IMG/VR virus record: IMGVR_UViG_3300046714_000572
Span: 1 to 54,698 of that record
Source of the DNA: a virus
Lineage: Duplodnaviria; Caudoviricetes
DNA: 54,698 bases
Direction: 5' to 3' (one strand)
Shown here: positions 45,449 through 52,779 of the stretch, one piece after another
How the letters are laid out: each line of letters starts with the position of its first letter
How positions within the stretch are numbered: position 1 is the stretch's first letter
Notes under the pieces: generated by a model
What the model saw: only the letters and a program-made list of their open reading frames with translations
The model's database searches: none
Told to the model about the DNA's origin: nothing
Program-made: the position numbers and the translations under genes

Positions 45449-45991
45449 CTACCAGACGACGATTCGGGTGTGTTTCGGGTGCGTGGAGTGCTCCTCGAGC
45501 GCCTTGCAGGACTCGACGAAGGCCGGATCCGAGCCGCGGGCGCCGAAGACGACGCTCACGATGGCCTGCGGAGCCCTGTGCTGGACGATGTTCGCCACGT
45601 TCGCCATCATCCGCAGCTCCCAGATGGCCTGGCCGCTGAATCGGAGCACGTTCCAGCGCGGAAAACCCGTCACCGAGGCGAGCTGCGGGTTGATCCGCTG
45701 CGTCACGGACTCGAGGAACTCCATGATCTTGCCGTCTTGTCCGCGTCCCGAGGCCAGCATGATGCCCGAGGAGCACGGGACCGACAGCACGCGCCACATC
45801 GCGTAGACGAGGCACGCCCGGCCCATCTCGTTCCGGTCGTCGCCGACCGTCTGGTAGAAGGAGGGGTTCGTGCCGAGCACCCCGAGGACCTCCCGCTGCC
45901 GCGGCGTGGGCCGCAGCTCGAGCTGGTCGCACATCGTCAGGGGCGTCTTCAAGGCGTCTAGCCTCTCACGCAGGGCTGCGTCGGTCAGCAT
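45449..45991 (-). CDS. degenerate paralog of the terminase ATPase domain
   Basis: Manual near-gapless alignment to TerL: PT..Q..L, AMWR....P, A....Q, P.L, IW..R, A.G......E..K; Walker A and B residues absent. Confidence 0.75.
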   Translation of the reverse strand: MLTDAALRERLDALKTPLTMCDQLELRPTPRQREVLGVLGTNPSFYQTVGDDRNEMGRACLVYAMWRVLSVPCSSGIMLASGRGQDGKIMEFLESVTQRINPQLASVTGFPRWNVLRFSGQAIWELRMMANVANIVQHRAPQAIVSVVFGARGSDPAFVESCKALEEHSTHPKHTRIVVW

Positions 45992-46247
45992 GGAGCCTCT
46001 TGCACTCCTCGAGGTCGTCCTCGAGCGTGTTCACCTTGATCGCGAGGCGCGTGTTCGTCGCGTGCATCTCGTCGATCTTGTCCTCCAGCTCGCGGATGCG
46101 CCCGACGAGCGTGTCGCGGTAGTCGCTCTTCTCCAGGCGCTTGTTCTCGAGCCACACCGCGAGGAGCTTGGCGACGCCGGCACCGGCCAGCAGGGTGACT
46201 CCGCTCTTGAGCCAGGGCGGGAGTTCGTTGATGTCTGCGAAGATCAT
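45966..46247 (-). CDS. TM plus coiled-coil protein (holin/spanin-like architecture)
   Basis: GVTLLAGAGVAKLLAVWL followed by heptad-rich segment. Confidence 0.65.
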   Translation of the reverse strand: MIFADINELPPWLKSGVTLLAGAGVAKLLAVWLENKRLEKSDYRDTLVGRIRELEDKIDEMHATNTRLAIKVNTLEDDLEECKRLHADRRSPA

Positions 46248-46294
46248 GTGAGGGGTTCTCGGGGAGGGGCGGCCGGAGGCCGCTCCAAAAAAGC

Positions 46295-46423
46295 CTACTC
46301 GAAGTGGGCGTTCACGTCCTCGGGAAAGACGGGACACGCCTGGTCCTCGGACTCGTCCTCCTCGAGGTCGAAGACGTCCTCCTCGGGGTCCATGCCGTCG
46401 ATGCCGTGGCGGTTGGGCCTCAT
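46295..46423 (-). CDS. 42-aa acidic peptide
   Basis: GGAGG RBS; ATGA overlap; 15 of 42 residues Asp/Glu. Confidence 0.55.
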   Translation of the reverse strand: MRPNRHGIDGMDPEEDVFDLEEDESEDQACPVFPEDVNAHFE

Positions 46424-46902
46424 CGCGGGATCCTCCCCCCGAGCAGCCCGCGGGCCGTCGTCCTCGCGGTGCCGAGCGCGCTCTTGGTCACGGACTTCGC
46501 GGTCTCCCACGCCGACCCGAAGATCGCCGGGTAGTGGCCCCACGCGCGGAAGAGCGCGTACAGCAGCGCGCCGAGCAGCAGGCCCTTCCAGTCGAGCCAG
46601 CTCCCGCCCGAGCCGGCGACGGGGTTCCCGTGCGCGTCCACCTGCACCACTGGGCGCGGCGCCATCAGCGCGGCCCAGAGGGCGCCGGTGCCGGCGGCGA
46701 GCATCGCGCCGAGGAAGCCGATCGGGTAGAAGAGCCACGAGAGGCCCCCGACCACCGCGCCACCGCCGAGCTGGATGACGCGCTCACCCAGGTACTTCAG
46801 GCCCTGGCCGATCGCGAGGCAGCTCGGCAGCGCCAGGAGCAGGACCGTCCACGCCGCGAGCACCGCGCTCGTCCGCCTCAGCAGCCAACCTCGCACGCTC
46901 AT
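46420..46902 (-). CDS. multi-pass membrane protein or lipoprotein
   Basis: AAGGAAGG RBS; LLLALPSC; several hydrophobic segments. Confidence 0.7.
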   Translation of the reverse strand: MSVRGWLLRRTSAVLAAWTVLLLALPSCLAIGQGLKYLGERVIQLGGGAVVGGLSWLFYPIGFLGAMLAAGTGALWAALMAPRPVVQVDAHGNPVAGSGGSWLDWKGLLLGALLYALFRAWGHYPAIFGSAWETAKSVTKSALGTARTTARGLLGGRIPR

Positions 46903-47099
46903 CGAATACCTTCCTTCGCTCCGCCGCGCGCTCGGCACGCGAGCGCTCCCTGTCGGGGCAGTGGCCTCAACCCTTCCACCTGATGTCGCCCATCGTACTT
47001 CGATCCTCGGTTCTTGCGCCACGTCAGCCCCTCGCTCCGGTGGTGCGTGTACCGCGGGTCCATCTTGAACTTCTTGAGACTGCCGTCGTGGGTGCGCAT
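46899..47099 (-). CDS. possible small basic protein (MRTHDGSLKK...)
   Basis: Stop overlaps next start; a competing short ORF at 47024-47146 makes the call uncertain. Confidence 0.3.
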   Translation of the reverse strand: MRTHDGSLKKFKMDPRYTHHRSEGLTWRKNRGSKYDGRHQVEGLRPLPRQGALACRARGGAKEGIR

Positions 47100-47142
47100 G
47101 AGGTCACGCGCACGCCTCCCACGGTCAGCAGCCACAGGTACC

Positions 47143-48210
47143 TCATGAGTTCTCCCTCTCGAACTCCGCGATCACCGCGGGGTCCTCGTCGTCCTCGCCG
47201 GTCGGCTCGAGCCTCGCCGGCAGCGCGGTGTACGTGCTCGGCTCGGCGCGCCCCGCGGTCGGCACTACCGTCGCCTGGACCTCCAGCATCTTCCTGTCCT
47301 GGCGCTGCGCGACGCCCGCGATGATCCCGGCGAAGGCGCGGCCGAGGTCCTCGGGGTCGGTGCGCGTCAGGCCCTGCACGCGGGCCAGCTCCTTCAGCGC
47401 GCGCAGCTCCTTGTCCGTGTTCATCTCCTCCTTCGCGCGGGCGACGAGGTCCTTGAGCTGCGCGACCATCAGCGCGCGGTCCTCCTCCACACTGCTCGAG
47501 CCCATCCGCATCGCGTCCGCGCGGGCCAGGCGGATCAGGCCCACGGCCTCCTTCCGCGCCAGGCCGTAGCGGTCGCGGAAGTGGTCGAGCGTCGGGCGCT
47601 CGCCGCACTCCAGGATCGAGCGGCCCGCCTCGTCGATCAGCATGTCCTCTAGGGCCAGCACCTGGCGCTCGGTCACGCCGGCGTGCACGCAGGTCCGATA
47701 GTCGAGCAGGCCGCGCAGGCCCGCGGCGCCACCCTCGGTGCGGGCGATCTTCAGCTCGTCGGCGAGCAGCGCCGCCACGCGGCACCAGGTGCGCGCCAGG
47801 TACAGCTCGGCCGGCGGGAGCAGCGCCACGCCGTCGCGGGCCAGGCGGTGCACCTCGGTCGCCTCGCCGAGGCGCACGAGCTGCTGCTGACTCGGGCTGA
47901 GCTTGGGCCTGGTCGGGAAGTGCCAGGGCGACTCGACCGCCTGGCCGTCGGCGTCCGTCGCGTGGTCCAGGGACTCGTCCTCCGCGCACAGCCCGAGCAC
48001 CAGGGCGATCGAGCGCGCCAGGCGCCAGCACACCATGATGCGCTGGGAGTGGTCCTCGGGCGCCGGCACCACGAGGTCGGGTCCGGGCGGCGCGAAGACG
48101 CGCTCGAGCGCGAAGCGCAGCTCCCCATCCACCAGCCGACGCGGAGCACCGGCGCTGAGGAAGGCCTCGAGCGCGGGCGTGGAGACGTCGACACGGTGCT
48201 GCTGGCTCAT
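47143..48210 (-). CDS. putative terminase small subunit with long N-terminal region
   Basis: First gene of the packaging operon; HTH-like RYGLARKEA..LI and ALKELARVQGL helices; acidic tail. Confidence 0.55.
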   Translation of the reverse strand: MSQQHRVDVSTPALEAFLSAGAPRRLVDGELRFALERVFAPPGPDLVVPAPEDHSQRIMVCWRLARSIALVLGLCAEDESLDHATDADGQAVESPWHFPTRPKLSPSQQQLVRLGEATEVHRLARDGVALLPPAELYLARTWCRVAALLADELKIARTEGGAAGLRGLLDYRTCVHAGVTERQVLALEDMLIDEAGRSILECGERPTLDHFRDRYGLARKEAVGLIRLARADAMRMGSSSVEEDRALMVAQLKDLVARAKEEMNTDKELRALKELARVQGLTRTDPEDLGRAFAGIIAGVAQRQDRKMLEVQATVVPTAGRAEPSTYTALPARLEPTGEDDEDPAVIAEFERENS

Positions 48211-48235
48211 CCGGGCGGGGTGTCCCGCAACTAGA

Positions 48236-48264
48236 AGAGTACGCCTGCCGATATGGCAGGGCAA
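48236..48264 (-). promoter_or_regulatory. promoter of the packaging operon with CTGCC-N5-GGCAG box in the spacer
   Basis: - strand TTGCCC-17 nt-TACTCT; box at 48245-48259. Confidence 0.65.
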
Positions 48265-48532
48265 GAGGAATCCCGGAATCTGCAACTGGGCGCGCTCGAG
48301 CCGGGTCCGCGGAGCACGCACGCGGCGTCGTCGACTTTCCGCACGACAACCTCTAGCCCCAGATTTTTCACCCCGGGTTTTTCTCCCGGAAAATACCCCG
48401 CGCGATATAAGGGGGTGCACTTGGCCCGCTCAGAATCTCGCACGTGAAGGAACGTTCATGAAATATATTCCCCACAAGCCCCCGGGCAGGCCCTAGAGGG
48501 GTTGTTTTGCGTATATGTATGGTAATAATAGC

Positions 48533-48567
48533 CTGCCAATATGGCAGGTAGGCTGCCACTTGGGCAG
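48533..48567. promoter_or_regulatory. tandem CTGCC-N5-GGCAG boxes
   Basis: 48533-48547 and 48553-48567, 20-bp period. Confidence 0.7.
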
Positions 48568-48927
48568 GTACCCCTACAGGTTGGGGGCTAACGGATACCT
48601 ACCACTATAAGGGCATTGTAATTTTACAATGTTAGCATCTCATTTTCGAGAGTGACATTGTAAAGTGCCTCTCTAACTCCTTTATCCACAGTGGCCAAGA
48701 ATTCGGTACTTTTTACAATAGCTCATTTCCAGGATGCCCCGGCACGTTCTCGGATTATGAACCCGGACACCATACTGATTCCAGGAATGGCCTCGGCGAT
48801 AGTGCCACGAGGGGTAAATCTAGTCGCGACCACAAGCGGTAGTGGGGGTAGGTAGGAATTTCACACAATGTAAAGGGTCACTTTCGGTGTTGCTATGCTG
48901 CGGGATAGCAGAAGTGGCTCTATTCCT

Positions 48928-48966
48928 AGAAATGCGATAGCGCAGAAATGCGATAGCGCAGAAATG
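48928..48966. repeat. 16-bp tandem repeat AGAAATGCGATAGCGC, two copies plus a partial third
   Basis: Seen directly. Confidence 0.9.
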
Positions 48967-49162
48967 ATATATGAGGTCTGCTATACCCCATCATGCGCAA
49001 GGGCGTATTCCAGGGCACCTACCGGCCCTAACCCTTGTCCTCTAGCGGGTTAGCGCATTTCCTAACTTCGTAGTTACCTCCCACTCTTCTAGCAACCGTC
49101 GCAGGAATAGGAATCCTGATGGTTGATTCTCGGGCAACCCACCGAAATATCGGGTTTCTCTC

Positions 49163-49191
49163 TTGCCAACCTCGGGGCCGACCGATATACT
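49163..49191 (+). promoter_or_regulatory. early sigma70-type promoter
   Basis: TTGCCA-17 nt-TATACT. Confidence 0.75.
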
Positions 49192-49250
49192 GGGTTGTCA
49201 GCCTGAAACCCAGACCGCGAACCTACCCGAACCGACAAGGAAGCCAAGCC

Positions 49251-49382
49251 ATGAAGAACGCCCTCCAGACCCTGAGCCAAGCCAACCTCACCCCCGCCAG
49301 CCTGAAGCTCCTCGGCGCCGTCCCCTTCGTCGCCTTGGTCGCCTTCGTCGTCCTGAAGCTCGCGGAAGTCGTCCCGAGCTGA
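49251..49382 (+). CDS. 43-aa membrane peptide, first early gene
   Basis: AAGGAAG RBS; LLGAVPFVALVAFVVLKL hydrophobic helix. Confidence 0.65.
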   Translation: MKNALQTLSQANLTPASLKLLGAVPFVALVAFVVLKLAEVVPS

Positions 49383-49567
49383 TCAGGCGACCGCAGACCA
49401 CGAGCGGGGCCGGCTCGCGACTTGAGCCGGACGACCGACGGGCCGGATGGTCCAAGCTACCCGGCCGGCCCCGCTCGCCTCAACCAACCCGACCGATCTA
49501 CCGATAATGTCCACGTTCTAGAAACCAGACTGCCCCGCCAAGGGCAAGAGAGACAAGGAAGCCAACC

Positions 49568-50500
49568 ATGAACCACGCACAAGTCGCGCACCGATGGGCG
49601 CAGCAGGACCCCAAGCGCACGAGCGGCAGGGGCTCGCGCATGTTCTACGAAGATGAGACGATCTACTCGCACGGTCGCCACTGGCCCATCGCGCGGTTCG
49701 TGAAGAACAAGCGCGGGCAGACGGCAGTAGTGGTGAACGTCCAGTCGCGATCGGTGAGCACGCGGCAGCATACCGGACACGTGCTGGATGCTCTGCGCGG
49801 GCTCGGCGTGCCTGTATTCGAGGTCCACTCGGACATTTCCTCGCACGTGCCCCCGGGGGAGGAAAAGGTCCTCAGCGACGCGCGCCACATGCTGAAGCTG
49901 GCGGGACTCGCCAACGCCACGGCGGCGCGCGCGAGGAAGGACTGGAACCGCGACCACTACGCCGCACAGTCTCTGGACCTATTCGAGCGCGCGCGAGCCT
50001 ACGCGCGCTTCTTCGGGTGCTCGTCCAAGCTCCGCCTCGGAGCCGACGCGCGCGCGGAGCTGGACAAGCTGGCGCTGAGGGAGAAGGCGATACGCAAGTC
50101 CGAGCTGAAGCGAGCCAAGGCGCGCGAGGCCGAGGCGCGGAGGCGCGACGCTGAGGACTTCGCGAGCTGGCGCGCTGGCACGCTGAACCAGTGCCCTAGC
50201 TCCTACATGGAGGACTCGCACGGTTCGGCGTACCTGAGAGTGAGCCTCGACGGTTCGGTAGTGAAGACCTCGCGAGGCGCCGAGGTGCCCCGCGACCACG
50301 CCGAACGCGCGGTGCGGTTCGTCCTCGCGGTGCGTGCCAATGGCTCGCCTTGGGTACGGAACGGACATACGCTGCACGTAGGAGTCTTCCAGGTGGATCG
50401 GATCGAGGCTACCGGAGCGGTCCGCGCGGGATGCCACTTCTTCACTTTCGAGCGGGTCGCGGAGCTGGCGAAGGCTCTGGGGATCGAGGTGACATCGTGA
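49568..50500 (+). CDS. hypothetical early protein
   Basis: AAGGAAG RBS; 310-aa ORF coupled to next gene. Confidence 0.8.
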   Translation: MNHAQVAHRWAQQDPKRTSGRGSRMFYEDETIYSHGRHWPIARFVKNKRGQTAVVVNVQSRSVSTRQHTGHVLDALRGLGVPVFEVHSDISSHVPPGEEKVLSDARHMLKLAGLANATAARARKDWNRDHYAAQSLDLFERARAYARFFGCSSKLRLGADARAELDKLALREKAIRKSELKRAKAREAEARRRDAEDFASWRAGTLNQCPSSYMEDSHGSAYLRVSLDGSVVKTSRGAEVPRDHAERAVRFVLAVRANGSPWVRNGHTLHVGVFQVDRIEATGAVRAGCHFFTFERVAELAKALGIEVTS

Positions 50501-50865
50501 GCCTACTGGTATCCGAGGTGTTCGTGAACGCGGACAAGGGGTGCCAGTTTGGGGACTCCCCGCCCTACGAACCCTACACGCAGGATCGCGGGAGACTATT
50601 CCGCGACATGCAGAAGGAGTACGGTCGGTGCGTGTCTTCTCAGTACCTGGACAAGCCGGACGGGACCACGCAGCGGTGCGGGTGGGTCTTCTCCAAGCGA
50701 ATGGAGTACGAAGACTACAGGCCCTCGCGAGGCGGAGAGCGCTACTACACGCGGGAAGTGTGGGTGACCGTCCACACTGCCCCGGACGAGGTGAAGCGTA
50801 CGCGCCACATCGCGGACCTGGACTCTCCTGAGACTGCGGACGAGCCGTCGGAGGTGACCTCGTGA
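50497..50865 (+). CDS. hypothetical early protein (MSLLVSEVF...)
   Basis: GAGGTG RBS; GTGA overlap. Confidence 0.75.
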   Translation: MSLLVSEVFVNADKGCQFGDSPPYEPYTQDRGRLFRDMQKEYGRCVSSQYLDKPDGTTQRCGWVFSKRMEYEDYRPSRGGERYYTREVWVTVHTAPDEVKRTRHIADLDSPETADEPSEVTS

Positions 50866-51323
50866 GGTGCACCGACGTGATAGCCTACGCCGTCGACTGC
50901 GAGCTAGTGTGCGCGGACTGCGCTAGCGACGCGGACAAGCGAGACGGATATCCCGTGTTCGCGGACTCCGAGGCAGACTCTCCGAACCACTGCCCGGGGT
51001 GTCGCGAGCTGATCCTCGAGGCTCTGACCTCGGACGGGATAGACTATGTCGCGGGGCGAATCCTGGACCACTTCGCGGACCCGAAGAACGGGAGCGTGGA
51101 CGTGCTCCGCGCTTGGGCGGAGGCCTTCGACGTGCGCGACGCCATCGCGGACGCGGTGCTCGCCTCGATCGAGGATCCGAACGCGGTGAAGCCGAACAAG
51201 CGCGCGCCTCCGCGCTCCGGCTTCGTCGAGCCCTCGCCGTTCGCGCTCCCGAAGGCGCCGGAGCGATGCTATGCGTGCCAGTCCCTAGACCACGCGGCGG
51301 AGGACTGCGGACGCGACGACTAG
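50862..51323 (+). CDS. zinc-binding protein with C-terminal CCHC knuckle
   Basis: CADC, CPGC and CYACQSLDHAAEDC. Confidence 0.75.
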   Translation: MRCTDVIAYAVDCELVCADCASDADKRDGYPVFADSEADSPNHCPGCRELILEALTSDGIDYVAGRILDHFADPKNGSVDVLRAWAEAFDVRDAIADAVLASIEDPNAVKPNKRAPPRSGFVEPSPFALPKAPERCYACQSLDHAAEDCGRDD

Positions 51324-51375
51324 AACAACGCGAGCGCTCCTCGCGCACTGGATGCGCGCGGGGAGGGCTTCCTTA

Positions 51376-51401
51376 GGGGTGCCGGTTGGCGCCGGCACCC
51401 C
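51376..51401 (+). terminator. hairpin (terminator or processing site)
   Basis: GGGGTGCCGG-TTGGCG-CCGGCACCCC. Confidence 0.5.
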
Positions 51402-51446
51402 ATCCCACAACTGGACGAAACAACTACTAGCACTGAGGACCTGCAC

Positions 51447-51932
51447 ATGTCGACGCTGAAGAAATACGAGCACACCAATCTGGACGGATCGAAGGCGACC
51501 ATATACCTAGGGGCCGGCGCGCGCATCGGGGCCGGCGCGAGCATCGGGGCCGGCGCGAGCATCGGGGACTACGCGCGCATCGGGGACTACGCGCGCATCG
51601 GGGCCGGCGCGCGCATCGGGGCCGGCGCGAGCATCGGGGCCGGCGCGAGCATCGGGGACTACGCGCGCATCGGGGACTACGCGCGCATCGGGGCCGGCGC
51701 GAGCATCGGGGCCGGGCAGTCTCTCCACGGAAGTACCGGGAGCTACTACTGGGATGTATACCTCGCGAAGGGCGGGATACCGTTCCTGCGCTTCGGATGC
51801 GAGGGCCATCCGCTCGCGAAGTGGACGGAGTCCTTCCAGAAGTCGAAATGTGCGGAGCACGACTGCGACGCGGCGTCAGACTTGCTGCGGGTGGTGAGGG
51901 CTGCGCGCGCGTTCCTGAAGGGACTGAAGTAG
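51447..51932 (+). CDS. hexapeptide-repeat (left-handed beta-helix) protein
   Basis: IGAGAS/IGAGAR/IGDYAR repeats; C-terminal FGCEGH...W. Confidence 0.8.
   Translation: MSTLKKYEHTNLDGSKATIYLGAGARIGAGASIGAGASIGDYARIGDYARIGAGARIGAGASIGAGASIGDYARIGDYARIGAGASIGAGQSLHGSTGSYYWDVYLAKGGIPFLRFGCEGHPLAKWTESFQKSKCAEHDCDAASDLLRVVRAARAFLKGLK
51510..51716 (+). repeat. eleven 18-bp tandem units with a 90-bp higher-order duplication
   Basis: 51510-51599 is repeated at 51600-51689. Confidence 0.92.
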
Positions 51933-51944
51933 GGGACTCTCTAG

Positions 51945-52232
51945 GTGGACGCTATCCCTCCGCACCTCCGCGCTCGACTGGACGTGATCCTCGCGAGGCA
52001 CGCGAACAATCTAGCTACCCTCACCCTGATCATACGGGACCGCAACGCGCGAGCCTGCGCCCCGGACGTGCTGCGGGAGCGCATCGAGGCGCTCCGGCTG
52101 GAGGTGCGCAGGCTGAGCAGGGACTGGGAGCGCTTCCGCGCGGACGCGCTGGCGCTGGAGGACAAGGGGAAGATAGCGAAGGACTCATTCCGAGGACTTG
52201 AGATACCCGATACACTGCCGGAGGAACTGTGA
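51945..52232 (+). CDS. hypothetical coiled-coil protein
   Basis: Fills the gap; GTGA coupling. Confidence 0.6.
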   Translation: MDAIPPHLRARLDVILARHANNLATLTLIIRDRNARACAPDVLRERIEALRLEVRRLSRDWERFRADALALEDKGKIAKDSFRGLEIPDTLPEEL

Positions 52233-52579
52233 GCATGGACGCGGACAAGCCGATCACGTACAGGGCGAGGGTGACACTGGTCGACGGGACCTCCCGTAGC
52301 TGGACGCTGCGCGCGTCGGACGAGTTCTGCGCTCGCGTATCCGCTTGGGTGAACCTCGTCGACTGCGGCGTGCTCCAGGTACGATCCATCGAGGTAACTC
52401 CCGAGCCGGACGCTCCGCACATGGACGCGGACTACTTCGACCGACGCTCGCTCGCGCTGCGCGACATGGTGGGCAGTCACTCGGTATATCGTGGCAGCCG
52501 CAGCATCCACAGAGTCATGTGGGCGCAGCTCAGGGAGCTGTACGTGGTGCCCGACTCTCTACTGGGGGAACTTCAGTGA
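52229..52579 (+). CDS. hypothetical protein
   Basis: GGAGG RBS; coupled on both sides. Confidence 0.65.
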   Translation: MSMDADKPITYRARVTLVDGTSRSWTLRASDEFCARVSAWVNLVDCGVLQVRSIEVTPEPDAPHMDADYFDRRSLALRDMVGSHSVYRGSRSIHRVMWAQLRELYVVPDSLLGELQ

Positions 52580-52779
52580 CGGACGCGCGCATAACGCACC
52601 TCGCGCGCTGGACGGACGCGCGGTACGTGCTACAGTCCCTCGGACTTGCGTCCGCTGACGGCAAGTCATGGGGATCGGTGAGAGTGCCCAACTCTGCGCT
52701 CACGGACGGCAGGCTGTGGGTGCGCTTCGTGGGTGGGCCGAGGGGCGGACAGACGCAGGGGTTCGTGGCCGATGGCTGA
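52576..52779 (+). CDS. hypothetical protein (MTDARITHL...)
   Basis: GGGGG RBS; GTGA overlap. Confidence 0.6.
   Translation: MTDARITHLARWTDARYVLQSLGLASADGKSWGSVRVPNSALTDGRLWVRFVGGPRGGQTQGFVADG

Larger units (their letters stand above)
48211..49250. other. AT-rich non-coding region: candidate origin and/or packaging/terminus region
   Basis: Clear GC drop; divergent operons; palindromes, tandem repeat, DnaA-box-like 9-mer. Confidence 0.65.

Noticed and set aside
47024-47146. ORF MRYLWLLTVGG... coupled to the terS stop, or a frameshift into 46899-47099
   Set aside because: Cannot choose between the overlapping frames from sequence alone; no clear slippery site
51510-51716. CRISPR array
   Set aside because: Contiguous in-frame coding repeats without spacers; the Cas4-like nuclease at 6146 is a common phage exonuclease
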